Shown piece by piece: positions 1-11,019 of a stretch of 64,000 nt of DNA. This DNA is from a phage. The stretch lies in sequence record OZ346175.1, one strand, 5' to 3'. Position 1 is the stretch's first letter. Each line of letters opens with the position of its first letter. The position numbers and the translations under genes are program-made. The notes under the pieces are model-generated. The model ran no database searches, was not told where the DNA came from, and was given only the letters and a program-made list of their open reading frames with translations.

Positions 1-1602
1 ATGGACTTAAATGCTGTTAAGCAGAAGCGAGTGGAAGATGTTAGGAAAGTCCTAGCTGGAGAGTTGGGGCTTTCTGATGAAGTAAAAGAAATTATCAAAT
101 CATTCGGTAAAGACCCCTCTAAATTCCTTCCAACTCAAATTCTGACTTTATTAAGATACACACCAGACCAAGTTCGCCTTATCTTTAAATTGATGACTGA
201 TAAGAACTATGTAGCCCCTCAACCGGGTTCTCAAGAGGTCTTTTTAAACACTAATGCTGACTTGGTTCTTTATGGTGGTGCTGCTGGTGCTGGTAAAACT
301 GCTGCATTGTTAATGGACTCTTTAAGATTTATTGAAGACCCTAACTATAATGCTGTATATTTCCGTCGAAATACAACACAGTTACAAGGTGGTTTATGGC
401 CTGCTGCAAAGAAACTATTTGGTAAGTTTGGTGGGATTCCTCATGAGCAGAAAATGACTATCACATTCCCTTCTGGGGCGACTATCAAGTTTACCTATCT
501 AGAACTTGAAAAGCACGCTGAAGGCCATCAGGGTATTGAATACTCAGCTATTTACTTTGACGAAGGTACACACTTCTCTGCTTCACAGATTTCATACCTA
601 CAAACCCGTCTACGTTCTGGTGCTGAAGGTGATTCATACATGAAGATTTCCATGAACCCAGATAGAGACCACTTTATTTACGATTGGGTAGAACCATTCT
701 TAGATGAAGAAGGTTACCCAGACCCTGAAAAGTGTGGTCGTATTCGTTGGTATGTAATGAATGATGGTGTGATGGTTTCTGATTGGGAGAGAGACAAGAT
801 TCTTGAAATGTTCCCTCTTGAGATTCCTCAAACATACACCTTCATCTCTGGTACGATTGATGATAACCCAATTCTTGACTTCTTAGAACCAAAGTATCGC
901 GGTAAGCTTGAAAACAACACCCCTGTAAACGTTGCAAGACTTCGTTTCGGTAACTGGAAGGCTCGTGCAGAAGGTTCAAACTACTGGCAAAGACAATGGT
1001 GTGAGATTGTTGATTCACTCCCAGAAGATATATTTGATGTTAGAGCATGGGACTTAGCAGCAACTTTACCATCTGAGGTTAACCCTAATCCAGACTGGAC
1101 AGCAGGTGTTAAGATGGGTAAATCTAAAAAAGACGGTTGCTATTATATCATTGATGTAGTAAGATTTAGAGATAGACCCTCTGGAGTTGAAACACAAATT
1201 AATTTGACTGCTGAAAGTGACGGTAAGCGAACTGGTATTTTTATCCCTCAAGACCCAGGCGCTGCTGGTAAATCCTACGCAACATCCCTCATCAGGAAAC
1301 TTGCCGAGAAAGGCTATCGTGCAAGAGCTAAACCAACAAATAAAGATAAAGTTACCCGATTTGCGGGGTTTTCTGCTGCTTCTGAAGCTGGACTTGTAAA
1401 AGTCTTGAGAGGTAGTTGGAATGAAGCTTACTTCCAAGAGCTTGAAGGCTTTTGTGGTGATGGCAAAACTAAAGATGACCAAGTGGATGCTACCAGTGAT
1501 GCTTTCAACAGTCTTAACGAAGTTAAATTATTCAAGCCACCATCAATGGGTGCTCACACAGACTTAGTGAGAGGAAACCCATATGAGGGGCTTAGACGTT
1601 GA
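1..1602 (+). CDS. terminase large subunit; start may be truncated by window edge
   Basis: Walker A-like VLYGGAAGAGKT ATPase motif, 533 aa, immediately upstream of portal gene. Confidence 0.85.
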   Translation: MDLNAVKQKRVEDVRKVLAGELGLSDEVKEIIKSFGKDPSKFLPTQILTLLRYTPDQVRLIFKLMTDKNYVAPQPGSQEVFLNTNADLVLYGGAAGAGKTAALLMDSLRFIEDPNYNAVYFRRNTTQLQGGLWPAAKKLFGKFGGIPHEQKMTITFPSGATIKFTYLELEKHAEGHQGIEYSAIYFDEGTHFSASQISYLQTRLRSGAEGDSYMKISMNPDRDHFIYDWVEPFLDEEGYPDPEKCGRIRWYVMNDGVMVSDWERDKILEMFPLEIPQTYTFISGTIDDNPILDFLEPKYRGKLENNTPVNVARLRFGNWKARAEGSNYWQRQWCEIVDSLPEDIFDVRAWDLAATLPSEVNPNPDWTAGVKMGKSKKDGCYYIIDVVRFRDRPSGVETQINLTAESDGKRTGIFIPQDPGAAGKSYATSLIRKLAEKGYRARAKPTNKDKVTRFAGFSAASEAGLVKVLRGSWNEAYFQELEGFCGDGKTKDDQVDATSDAFNSLNEVKLFKPPSMGAHTDLVRGNPYEGLRR

Positions 1603-1619
1603 TAGCTAGGTGAAGAAGA

Positions 1620-3086
1620 ATGGCAGATATTACAGAAACACAAGAAAGCTTACCACCATTTAGAATGGGTGAAGTAGGTTCTTTGGGTCTGAAGGTTAAG
1701 AATGGAAGAATCTATGAAGAACCTCGTCAGGCACTAAGGTTCCCTGAAAGTATTAAAACTTTCCAATTAATGATGCGTGACCCTGCTGTAGCAGCATCTG
1801 TAAATATTATTAAGATGTTTGTCAGAAAAGTCAACTGGAGATTCGTACCTCCAAAGGGAAAAGAGCAAGACCCTAAAATGCTTGAAAGAGCAGACTTCTT
1901 TAATTCTTTAATGGATGACATGGAGCATGATTGGGCAGATTTTATTAATTCTGTAATGTCATTCTGCACTTATGGGTTCTGTGTTAATGAAAAAGTTTAT
2001 AAGAAGCGTCAGGGTAAGAAAGGGAAGTACCAATCGAAATTCGATGATGGTTTAATCGGATGGGCTAAATTGCCAATCAGAAACCAGTCAACGCTTGATA
2101 AGTGGTACTTTGACGAAGACTTTAGAAAAGTTACTGGTGTTAGACAGAATCTGAGAAATGTTTCACATATTGCTGGAGCAATTAATCTTGGAGAAAGACC
2201 ACTAACAAGAAAACTTCCACGAGCTAAATTCATGCTGTTCAAGTATGACGATGAATATGGAAACCCAGAAGGTCGTTCACCATTACTTAATGCTTATGTA
2301 CCGTGGAAATATAAAGTACAGATTGAAGAGTATGAAGCTGTTGGTGTTTCAAGAGACTTGGTTGGTATGCCAAAGATTGGTTTACCACCAGATTATTTGG
2401 ATGAAAATGCAGAACCTGAAAAGAAAGCTTTCGTACAATACTGCAAAACTGTTGTTAACGATATGATTGCTAATGATAGAGCGGGTTTAATCTGGCCTAG
2501 ATATATCGACCCAGATACTAAAGAGGATATTTTCGAGTTCTCATTAGTTTCTAGACAGGGTGCTAAAGCATACGATACAGGTTCTATTATTGACAGATAT
2601 TCCAAGCAGATTATGATGGCATTTATGTCAGATGTTCTTGCTATGGGTCAGTCAAAATATGGTTCATTCTCTCTTGCAGATTCTAAGACAAGCTTACTAG
2701 CAATGTCAGTAGATATTCTGCTGAAGCAAATTAAGAACGTAATTAACCGTGATTTGGTTGCACAGACTTATGCTCTTAATATGTGGGATGATGAAGAACA
2801 TGTGCAAATCACATATGATGATATCGAAACTCCAGACCTTGAAGCAATTGGTTCTTATATTCAGAAGACTGTTGCAGTAGGTGCTTTGGAAGTTGACAAA
2901 GAACTATCTAACAAGCTTAGAGAGCATATTGGTCTTCCTCCTGCTGATGAGTCTCAGCCAGTATCTGAAAAGCTTTCTCCAAATAGCCAAAGCCGCTCAG
3001 GAGATGGTTATAAGACCGCTGGAGAAGGTACTGCAAAGACACCTTCAGCGAAAGACCCAAGCACAGCAAATAAGGCAAATAAATAA
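1620..3086 (+). CDS. portal protein (putative)
   Basis: 488 aa ORF directly after terminase and before prohead protease; position and size typical of portal. Confidence 0.65.
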   Translation: MADITETQESLPPFRMGEVGSLGLKVKNGRIYEEPRQALRFPESIKTFQLMMRDPAVAASVNIIKMFVRKVNWRFVPPKGKEQDPKMLERADFFNSLMDDMEHDWADFINSVMSFCTYGFCVNEKVYKKRQGKKGKYQSKFDDGLIGWAKLPIRNQSTLDKWYFDEDFRKVTGVRQNLRNVSHIAGAINLGERPLTRKLPRAKFMLFKYDDEYGNPEGRSPLLNAYVPWKYKVQIEEYEAVGVSRDLVGMPKIGLPPDYLDENAEPEKKAFVQYCKTVVNDMIANDRAGLIWPRYIDPDTKEDIFEFSLVSRQGAKAYDTGSIIDRYSKQIMMAFMSDVLAMGQSKYGSFSLADSKTSLLAMSVDILLKQIKNVINRDLVAQTYALNMWDDEEHVQITYDDIETPDLEAIGSYIQKTVAVGALEVDKELSNKLREHIGLPPADESQPVSEKLSPNSQSRSGDGYKTAGEGTAKTPSAKDPSTANKANK

Positions 3087-3586
3087 TGGCTGAAGTTATC
3101 TCTATTTCAAATGCTACACGAGTGCATTCGTATAGAGGTGTTCTTATTATCACTGACAAATTATCTGTAGGGGCTGGCTCAAGGGTCAGCCTTTCAGGTT
3201 ATGTAAGTGATGGTGGAACCTCTGACGTTTTCACTATTTGCAGGTTACTTGATGCACCAATGAGTGGAAAACCGTTTATTTCAGGAAATTGTAGTGAAAT
3301 TGTTAAAATTCCATTTGACAGTTCATGCCTTTTGGGTGTAAAGTTATATAACTGCGAGAATAAACGTATCAATGTTAATAGCATTGAAGCCGCTTTCATT
3401 ACCCTCGACACTGCATTTCAATCTCCAATGACAGTTAATAAAGAAACAAACAGACTTGAATACATTTTTTCACAAAATGATTACAAAGTACTTGTCAAAG
3501 GCAAAGTATATGATATGATTGTAAATGTGGTAGATGAATCTGGTAACCATTCAACAGTCCTTAAACAAAAAGTAAGGTTTAATTAA
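3086..3586 (+). CDS. hypothetical protein (head module)
   Basis: 166 aa ORF, start overlaps portal stop (ATAATGG), co-directional. Confidence 0.5.
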   Translation: MAEVISISNATRVHSYRGVLIITDKLSVGAGSRVSLSGYVSDGGTSDVFTICRLLDAPMSGKPFISGNCSEIVKIPFDSSCLLGVKLYNCENKRINVNSIEAAFITLDTAFQSPMTVNKETNRLEYIFSQNDYKVLVKGKVYDMIVNVVDESGNHSTVLKQKVRFN

Positions 3587-3918
3587 TGGGAACATTAACT
3601 ATTGATGGTAAGAATAAAATCCTCGCCACGCTAACCCCAACGACTATTATTTTACACAATGTAGACCCAACGGCAGACCCTACAGCAAATAAGGTTACTC
3701 AGCCAGTGGCTATTTATTTTTCTGAACCGGATAATGGCTTAATTGCCTCAGAAGACACAGTTAATATCGCTGTTCCAGCTTCTGCAACGGTCTCACACTA
3801 TAGCTTGTGGGATGCTAACGATAAATGCGTGGCAACTGGTGCTCTTAGCAAACCTCAATTCTTTGCTGAAGAAGGTATCTATGTTATCTCTTCAGTCTCT
3901 GTAGATTTAAACAAATAG
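3586..3918 (+). CDS. hypothetical protein (head module)
   Basis: 110 aa ORF tightly packed between neighbours. Confidence 0.45.
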   Translation: MGTLTIDGKNKILATLTPTTIILHNVDPTADPTANKVTQPVAIYFSEPDNGLIASEDTVNIAVPASATVSHYSLWDANDKCVATGALSKPQFFAEEGIYVISSVSVDLNK

Positions 3919-3929
3919 GGTGAGTAAAA

Positions 3930-5276
3930 ATGAGTTCGAATATCTTCAGACTTGCTGATAGATTATTCAACCAACCTTTACTAGCCACTGAATCGTTAGC
4001 TCACTCAGCAGCAACTTATGTGAATAACAGATTGCTGGGTGATGTCCAAGCAGCAGTAAACTTTGATAAACCCAAAGGTGAAGCAAGAAGTCTTTTAAAA
4101 GTGAAAGATGACATTGCTATTATCCCTATTATGGGTGGTTTAACCCATCGTATGACATTCATTGATGCAATGTGTACAGGTGGATTAAGCTCTTATGAAG
4201 GTTTGCGTAGAGGCTTTGACGAAGCTTTAGCAGATGAGTCAATCAAGACTATTGTTCTGCACATCGATTCTGGTGGTGGTGAAGCTTCAGGTTGCTTTGA
4301 ATTAGCACGTCACATTATGGCTTCAAGAGGCCAAAAGAAAATTATTGCTTATGTAGATGAGTTCGCTTGTTCCGCTGCATACGCTCTTGCATCTTCTGCT
4401 GAAGAAATTATTGCATCACCAGATGCAGATGTTGGTTCTATCGGTGTAATCATGGTTCATCAGGAATTAACTAAGGCATTTGAAAAGAATGGCGTAACAA
4501 TTAACGTCATCAAAGCTGGTGAGTTTAAAGGTATGGGTTCACCATTCCAAGCACTCTCAGAAGAAAGCAAAGAAAGACTTCAAAAGAGAATTAATGATAC
4601 CTACGCAACCTTTACAGGTTTTGTAGCTGAATCTCGTAAACTCTCTGAAGAAGCTGTAAAGAATACTGAGGCGAATGTTTATTCTGCTCAGGAAGCTCTT
4701 GAACTTGGTTTAATTAACTCAATCATGTCTCAAGATGATTTCTTAAATTACTTACAAGGTTCTGAAGAGGCTCCTGTAAGTTTAAACGTTAACAATTCAG
4801 GTGAAGAAATGACTGAACAAGAAAAGCAAGAACTAGAAGCTTTGCGTCTTCAGGTTGCTCAAATGAAAGCTAAAGAACAGGAAGCTGCTTTGTCAGATTT
4901 GACTAATAAGATTTCTGCTTCTGCTGAAGCTTTTGGATTTGATGCAAAAGAAGCTGCAACGACTATTTTAGGTGCTGGTCTTGATAACCCTCTGAGCGTT
5001 CTGTTTATGAATGCTATGGAAGGTGCTAACCAGAAACTTAATGAAACTATCGCGTCCCATGCTTCTGCAATGGAAGAAAAAGAATCAGAAATTACCAAGC
5101 TGAAAGAAACTGCTGGTGCTGTTCTTGAACATTCCAACGCTATGGAAGAAGTGGGTAATGACGGCGAAGCTGATTTGGTTGAAGAAGAAAAAGAACCAGC
5201 TAAGAATGCTTCCGAAGACACCGCTGAACAACGCAAACTGGCTCTCCAGAATGCTCTAAAATCTCTTATCAAATAA
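3930..5276 (+). CDS. prohead protease (S49/ClpP-like) fused to scaffold-like C-terminal region
   Basis: S49-type motifs IVLHIDSGGGEASG and FACSAAYALASSA; acidic/coiled-coil C-terminal half; precedes capsid gene. Confidence 0.8.
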   Translation: MSSNIFRLADRLFNQPLLATESLAHSAATYVNNRLLGDVQAAVNFDKPKGEARSLLKVKDDIAIIPIMGGLTHRMTFIDAMCTGGLSSYEGLRRGFDEALADESIKTIVLHIDSGGGEASGCFELARHIMASRGQKKIIAYVDEFACSAAYALASSAEEIIASPDADVGSIGVIMVHQELTKAFEKNGVTINVIKAGEFKGMGSPFQALSEESKERLQKRINDTYATFTGFVAESRKLSEEAVKNTEANVYSAQEALELGLINSIMSQDDFLNYLQGSEEAPVSLNVNNSGEEMTEQEKQELEALRLQVAQMKAKEQEAALSDLTNKISASAEAFGFDAKEAATTILGAGLDNPLSVLFMNAMEGANQKLNETIASHASAMEEKESEITKLKETAGAVLEHSNAMEEVGNDGEADLVEEEKEPAKNASEDTAEQRKLALQNALKSLIK

Positions 5277-5287
5277 GGAACACAATA

Positions 5288-5665
5288 ATGGCATATCAAG
5301 GTTTTACTAAGTTAGGTAACAGAGAACCTCTGAATGATATCATTCTTTGGGAACAGATTACCCCAACAGGCCACTCTCGTAAAGAGTACACTCCGGTTGC
5401 TTCAACAGAATACCGTGTAGGTGAAGTTCTGAAAGCAGATGGTACTAAGGTACAAGCTGGAGAAGAAGCCCAAGCAGACTCTGTATGTATCGTTAATTTC
5501 TACGCAGACCTGCAACTGTCTTATCATGGTCAGTTGAAAGTGGTAGGTATCCACCGTGATGCAGAACTAAAAGACCTGCTGACTCTTGAATCAAGCGTTA
5601 ATGCTGCTGAAGTCAAGAAAGCTCTGGCTGCTAAAGGTATTGATTTCGTACCAACTGGCCTGTAA
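5288..5665 (+). CDS. hypothetical protein, possible head decoration protein
   Basis: 125 aa ORF between protease/scaffold and major capsid gene. Confidence 0.45.
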   Translation: MAYQGFTKLGNREPLNDIILWEQITPTGHSRKEYTPVASTEYRVGEVLKADGTKVQAGEEAQADSVCIVNFYADLQLSYHGQLKVVGIHRDAELKDLLTLESSVNAAEVKKALAAKGIDFVPTGL

Positions 5666-5698
5666 TAACAATAATAAGACATTCTGGAGAATTTTACA

Positions 5699-6805
5699 AT
5701 GTTGACTAATTCTGAAAAAAGCAGATTTTTACTTGCTGACCTGACTCGTGAAGTCCAGTCTATCCCAAACACTTATGGGTATATTTCCAACTTAGGTCTG
5801 TTCCGTTCAGCACCACAAACTCAGACAACCTTCCTGATGGACTTGACAGATTGGGATATCAGCTTGCTTGATGCTGTAGACCGCACTAGCCGTAAAGCTG
5901 AAACAAGTGCTCCTGAGCGTGTTCGTCAAATCAGCTTCCCAATGATGTACTTCAAGGAAGTTGAAAGCATTACTCCTGATGAGATTCAGGGTGTACGTCA
6001 GCCAGGTACTGCAAATGAACTAACCACTGAAGCTATCGTTCGTGCTAAGAAGCTGATGAAGATTCGCACCAAGTTCGATATTACTCGTGAGTTCTTGTTC
6101 ATGCAAGCTCTGAAGGGTAAAGTTATCGACGCTAATGGTGTTCTGTACGCAGACCTGTACAAACAGTTCGATGTAACTAAGAAGACTATCTACTTCGACC
6201 TTGACAATCCGAACTCTGATATTGATGCTCACATCGAAGACCTACGTATGCACATGGAAGACGAAGCTAAGACTGGTACTGTAATCAACGGTGAAGAGAT
6301 TCACGTAGTTGTTGACAGAGCTTTCTTCAGTAAACTTACCAAGCATCCGAAGATTCGTGACGCATACCTTGCACAGCAGACTCCGCTGGCATGGCAACAG
6401 ATTACTGGCTCTCTGAGAACTGGTGGTTCTGATGGTGTTCAGGCTCATATGAACACGTTCTACTACGGTGGTGTTAAGTTTGTCCAGTACAACGGTAAGT
6501 TCAAAGACAATCGCGGTAAGACCCATACTCTGGTTAGCATCGATGGTGTTACTCAGGATGGAACTGTAGGTGTAGGGCACGCTTTCCCTAACGTTTCTAT
6601 GCTTGGTGAAGCAAACAACATCTTTGAAGTAGCTTACGCTCCATGTCCGAAGATGGGCTACGCAAATACTCTGGGTCAGGAGTTGTACGTATTTGAATAC
6701 GAAAAAGACCGTGATGAAGGTATTGACTTCGAAGCTCACTCTTACATGCTGCCATACTGCACACGTCCTCAACTGCTGGTTGACGTTCGCTCAGACTCTG
6801 AGTAA
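5699..6805 (+). CDS. major capsid protein (putative)
   Basis: 368 aa ORF following protease/scaffold; strong SD; position typical of HK97-fold capsid gene. Confidence 0.7.
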   Translation: MLTNSEKSRFLLADLTREVQSIPNTYGYISNLGLFRSAPQTQTTFLMDLTDWDISLLDAVDRTSRKAETSAPERVRQISFPMMYFKEVESITPDEIQGVRQPGTANELTTEAIVRAKKLMKIRTKFDITREFLFMQALKGKVIDANGVLYADLYKQFDVTKKTIYFDLDNPNSDIDAHIEDLRMHMEDEAKTGTVINGEEIHVVVDRAFFSKLTKHPKIRDAYLAQQTPLAWQQITGSLRTGGSDGVQAHMNTFYYGGVKFVQYNGKFKDNRGKTHTLVSIDGVTQDGTVGVGHAFPNVSMLGEANNIFEVAYAPCPKMGYANTLGQELYVFEYEKDRDEGIDFEAHSYMLPYCTRPQLLVDVRSDSE

Positions 6806-6827
6806 TGATAGGTAAGGAGGGTTATGA

Positions 6828-7277
6828 ATGTGTTATACAGGCGACCCAGCCAATAACCCTCTTGATAGAGTAAGAATCCTCTGCACAGACACTAATAATG
6901 ATGAAATTCTTATTGAGCAGTCTGTGCTAGAGTGGTTCTATCTAGAATCTGGAAAGGATGAAAAGAAAGCAGCCATCAAAGCTCTTAAATATTTACTCTT
7001 TCAAGTAGCCAAGATGGGAGATGAGAAGGTTGGTGGTGTTTATTTACGTAACTCTTCCAGATTCAAGTCTCTGAAAGCTGTTTATGACGACCTTGTTAAA
7101 AGCTCTGTTTCAGGACTACCCTATGCAGGTGGTATTAATCAGTGTGATATTGACATGCGTCGTCAGAATCCTTGCTCTGTCAAGAAATACACAGAATATG
7201 GTGATGCTGCCAGATACGAAGGCAGAGATTACTGCAACCGTGTTAATGGCGTATTTATTATCGAGCGAGATGAATAA
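6828..7277 (+). CDS. hypothetical protein (head-tail joining region)
   Basis: 149 aa ORF, SD AAGGAGGG upstream. Confidence 0.5.
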   Translation: MCYTGDPANNPLDRVRILCTDTNNDEILIEQSVLEWFYLESGKDEKKAAIKALKYLLFQVAKMGDEKVGGVYLRNSSRFKSLKAVYDDLVKSSVSGLPYAGGINQCDIDMRRQNPCSVKKYTEYGDAARYEGRDYCNRVNGVFIIERDE

Positions 7278-7759
7278 TGGTTAAAAGGGTTATTCACCCC
7301 GCTAGAGCAAAATTAGTCGGGGCTATGAAGAACTTGCAAACGGCTAATGCTCAAGTTGGGTATTTTCAAGAACAAGGTCAACATAGCTCTGGTTTTTCTT
7401 ATCCTGCTTTAATGTATTTACAAGAAGTTATTGGGGTTCCTTCAGCTTCTGGTAAAGTATATCGTAGGTTGTTTGAAATCACTATGATGCTAAACAAACA
7501 GACCTTGTTAGAGCAGACTAAGAAGAATCTATATAAGCAACTTAGCAGTCTCAACACAGACCCTTCAAATACCTTAGAAGCATTTGCAAAGAATGCTCAA
7601 AAGGCAATTAAAAGAGGTTTTGGTAATTCTGCTATCCTCCCTCCTAACGCACCTTCCACAGTCAAGAAAAAAGGCTTTAACGCACCTCTTGTTGAGACAG
7701 GTGACTTAAGAGATAACCTTGCTTATAAAATTTCTACTAAGAAGGGTATTAAGAAATGA
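7277..7759 (+). CDS. hypothetical structural protein
   Basis: 160 aa ORF, overlapping start/stop with neighbours. Confidence 0.5.
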   Translation: MVKRVIHPARAKLVGAMKNLQTANAQVGYFQEQGQHSSGFSYPALMYLQEVIGVPSASGKVYRRLFEITMMLNKQTLLEQTKKNLYKQLSSLNTDPSNTLEAFAKNAQKAIKRGFGNSAILPPNAPSTVKKKGFNAPLVETGDLRDNLAYKISTKKGIKK

Positions 7760-8157
7760 GACTCTTAAACAGACACAGCTTTGTAGTAAAGCGTAAAGTC
7801 TCTGAAGACGGTTATTATAATGATGATGGTGATTGGGTAGCTTCACAAGATATTGTAGAGGTTAACTGTAAAGGTAATATCCAACCATATATCAAAGGTT
7901 CTGTAAAGAATGGTACACAGATTGCTTTACCGGAAGGTATCAGGCTTACCGATACAAGAATCCTGTACACCACATATAAACTTAGAACTTCAGATGATGT
8001 AGAGTGGAATGAGTCTGATATTGTTATGATTGATGGTCATGAGTATGAAGTATTTATGACTATGGATTGGTCACAGCAATTAGCCCATACATCCCATTAT
8101 GAATATATCATTATTAGAAGGGATAAAATGAATGCAGTTAGAAACAGCAGAACTTGA
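7756..8157 (+). CDS. hypothetical structural protein
   Basis: 133 aa ORF, translationally coupled. Confidence 0.5.
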   Translation: MRLLNRHSFVVKRKVSEDGYYNDDGDWVASQDIVEVNCKGNIQPYIKGSVKNGTQIALPEGIRLTDTRILYTTYKLRTSDDVEWNESDIVMIDGHEYEVFMTMDWSQQLAHTSHYEYIIIRRDKMNAVRNSRT

Positions 8158-8731
8158 AAAAGGTCTAGTTAGAGCCTTAGTGGGTGTTATTGGTCACAGA
8201 CTAGCTCGTGATAAAAATAATAGACCAAATGTAATTAGAGCTTACCCTTCTGATAACTCAAATGACAAAGGTTTAAAACCTGACCAGCCATTTATTACCG
8301 TATATTGTCAAGATGCTGCAACACCTTATGGTTGGGTTCTTGATAAGTTTGTTGAGGATGATGTAGTTTGCTACAGAATTGCTTTTCAGATTCCAGTATT
8401 AATTACGGTGAATGGTAAAGGTGCTCACAGTATTATGCTTGAGCTTAAACAACGATTAGAGATGAGTTCAGTCAGAGATTTAATCCTTGAAGAAACAGGA
8501 GCTACAGTACTAGACACTGGAGCTATCCCGAATGACTATACTTATCTCAATACAGATTTCGAAAATTCTGCACCTCTTGTTGTAACTCTTGTAAAAAACT
8601 CAGTCCTGAAGGATGAACGTGGAAGTATTATTGAGCGTGTCATTGTTGATGGTGAGTTGGTTTATGAAGAAGGACAAGAGCCACCAGAATATACTATCCA
8701 TCTAGATGTAGACTCCAAAGGGGTAAAATAA
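8132..8731 (+). CDS. hypothetical structural protein (tail completion?)
   Basis: 199 aa ORF immediately upstream of putative sheath. Confidence 0.45.
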   Translation: MQLETAELEKGLVRALVGVIGHRLARDKNNRPNVIRAYPSDNSNDKGLKPDQPFITVYCQDAATPYGWVLDKFVEDDVVCYRIAFQIPVLITVNGKGAHSIMLELKQRLEMSSVRDLILEETGATVLDTGAIPNDYTYLNTDFENSAPLVVTLVKNSVLKDERGSIIERVIVDGELVYEEGQEPPEYTIHLDVDSKGVK

Positions 8732-10084
8732 ATGTGGAATCCAATTGTTAATGTAGATATTACATTGAACACCGCAGGAACTACAAGAGAAGGTTTTGGT
8801 TTGCCACTATTCTTAGCTTCAACAGATAACTTTGAAGAAAGAGTACGTGGTTACACTTCCTTAACTGAAGTTGCTGAAGATTTCGATGAGAATACTGCTG
8901 CATATAAGGCTGCTAAACAACTTTGGAGTCAGACTCCTAAAGTAACTCAGCTTTATATCGGTAGACGCGCTATGCAGTACACTGTATCAATTCCTGATGC
9001 CGTTACCGAAAGTACAGACTACTCAATTACTGTAGCTGTTGGCGGTGGAATTTCTCAACCATACCAGTACACAGCACAAGATTCAGACACTGCTGAGGTA
9101 GTGTTGCAACAGTTTAAAACACAGATTGAAGCTGACCCAACAATCAAAGATAAGGTTTCTGTGAATGTAACTGGTAGCAATGGCTCTGTCACAATGATTA
9201 TTACCAAAGCTGGTGATAATGACTTTGTGAAAGTAACAACCACAGCACAGACTGTATATATTGCAAGTACAACTGCTGATACAGCAGCAACTGCTCTGGC
9301 AGCTATCGAAGCTTACTCTACTGACTGGTATTTCATTGCAGCAGAAGACAGAACTCAACAGTTTGTCTTAGCAATGGCTTCTGAGATTCAGGCTCGTAAG
9401 AAAATCTTCTTTACGGCTAACTCCGATGTAACAGCCCTACAAGGTACAGAATTAGCCAGTGCAAATGATGTTCCAGCACAGCTTGCTAAGAATATGTACA
9501 CTCGTACAGTTTGCTTGTGGCATCACGCAGCAGCAGAAGATTATCCAGAGATGGCATACATTGCTTATGGTGCTCCATATGATGCAGGCTCAATTGCTTG
9601 GGGTAATGCTCAGCTAACTGGCGTAGCAGCTTCTCTACAACCATCTAATCAGAGACCTCTGACAAGTATTCAGAAGTCTGCTTTAGATGTACGTCACTGT
9701 AACTTTATTGACCTTGATGGTGGTGTTCCAGTGGTTCGTAGAGGGATTACTTCTGGTGGGGAATGGATTGATATCGTCCGTGGTGTTGACTGGTTAGAAT
9801 CAGACCTGAAAACTTCTCTGAGAGACTTGCTAATTAACCAGAAGGGTGGTAAGATTACTTATGATGATACTGGTATTACCCGTATTCGTCAAGTCATTGA
9901 AACCTCTCTGCAAAGAGCAGTCAACAGAAACTTCCTGTCATCTTACACAGTTAATGTTCCTAAAGCCTCTCAAGTTGCTTTAGCAGACAAGAAAGCACGT
10001 ATCCTGAAAGATGTTACCTTCGCAGGTATCTTAGCAGGGGCTATCTTGGATGTTGACTTGAAAGGTACAGTGGCTTACGAATAA
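8732..10084 (+). CDS. tail sheath protein (putative)
   Basis: 450 aa ORF followed by ~148 aa tube-like ORF, chaperone pair and tape measure; Mu/P2-like order. Confidence 0.5.
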   Translation: MWNPIVNVDITLNTAGTTREGFGLPLFLASTDNFEERVRGYTSLTEVAEDFDENTAAYKAAKQLWSQTPKVTQLYIGRRAMQYTVSIPDAVTESTDYSITVAVGGGISQPYQYTAQDSDTAEVVLQQFKTQIEADPTIKDKVSVNVTGSNGSVTMIITKAGDNDFVKVTTTAQTVYIASTTADTAATALAAIEAYSTDWYFIAAEDRTQQFVLAMASEIQARKKIFFTANSDVTALQGTELASANDVPAQLAKNMYTRTVCLWHHAAAEDYPEMAYIAYGAPYDAGSIAWGNAQLTGVAASLQPSNQRPLTSIQKSALDVRHCNFIDLDGGVPVVRRGITSGGEWIDIVRGVDWLESDLKTSLRDLLINQKGGKITYDDTGITRIRQVIETSLQRAVNRNFLSSYTVNVPKASQVALADKKARILKDVTFAGILAGAILDVDLKGTVAYE

Positions 10085-10099
10085 TAGAGGTAAATTGGA

Positions 10100-10546
10100 A
10101 TGGCTATGTATCAGCAATATTCCCCTAAAGACGTTGTATGTAGCTGGAACGGCATTGCTATTGAAGGCTTTGCTCCAGACTCATTCTTGCGTCTACAGAG
10201 AACATCACCACTTGTGACACCAGTTGTTGGTGCAGGTGGTCAGGTTGCTCTGACACGAAATGCAGACAAGACAGGTACTATTGAGATTGAGCTAATGCAG
10301 ACTTCTCTCTCTAACCAGATGCTTTCTGCAATTCAAGCTAAACAAGACAATATGGAACTTGAAGAAGATATCTCTTCTAACTTCGTAATCTACGACCCAT
10401 CAGGCTCTGTTCTGGCAACTGGTATTAACGCTTGGTTGCAGGAGTTACCACAGATTGAACTTGGTCGTGACCAGAACTCTAAAACTTGGATTTTTGGTTG
10501 TGAGAAGTTAGACTACACTTCTACAATTCCAGCGTCAAGTGTTTAA
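10100..10546 (+). CDS. tail tube protein (putative)
   Basis: 148 aa ORF after sheath candidate, followed by terminator. Confidence 0.45.
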   Translation: MAMYQQYSPKDVVCSWNGIAIEGFAPDSFLRLQRTSPLVTPVVGAGGQVALTRNADKTGTIEIELMQTSLSNQMLSAIQAKQDNMELEEDISSNFVIYDPSGSVLATGINAWLQELPQIELGRDQNSKTWIFGCEKLDYTSTIPASSV

Positions 10547-10558
10547 TAAATCCTATAA

Positions 10559-10590
10559 GGGGGAGACTTTAAAAGGTCTTCCCCTTTTTT
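10559..10590 (+). terminator. rho-independent terminator
   Basis: GGGGGAGAC-loop-GTCTTCCCC hairpin followed by TTTTTT. Confidence 0.6.
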
Positions 10591-10618
10591 GTTTCTTTTA
10601 AAGTATTAAGGAATCACA

Positions 10619-11017
10619 ATGAAAACAGAATCTAGAGTAATTAATGGTAAGAAAGTAAATATCGTTCTGCTTGGGGCAAGAGATGGTATTAAGATGTCTA
10701 TGAAGTTGGGTAAGATTGTTGTCCCAACCTTTGCACAGATGCTATCAAGTCTGACTGACAAGGGTAAGAAAGAAGCTCCAATGGTTCCATTTAAAGAACT
10801 TGTTGAAGCTTGTTTTGACAGAATTGAAGAAATTAACCTTGAAGAGATGGCTACCCTGCTGTTTCAAGGGGCAACTGTTGATGACTTCCCACTTAATATT
10901 GATACGTACTTCCAAGCAAACTACGGTGAGTTTATTGATTACTTAGCATTTGCGCTGGAGGCAAACTTCGGAAGTTTTTTCGAAGCAAGCATTTTCAAAA
11001 GCCTAACTTCTCAGTAA
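10619..11017 (+). CDS. tail assembly chaperone (putative)
   Basis: 132 aa acidic ORF immediately upstream of tape measure. Confidence 0.4.
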   Translation: MKTESRVINGKKVNIVLLGARDGIKMSMKLGKIVVPTFAQMLSSLTDKGKKEAPMVPFKELVEACFDRIEEINLEEMATLLFQGATVDDFPLNIDTYFQANYGEFIDYLAFALEANFGSFFEASIFKSLTSQ

Positions 11018-11019
11018 AC

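Noticed and set aside
1066-1482. 138-aa - strand ORF inside terminase gene
   Set aside because: Antisense to a well-supported terminase CDS.
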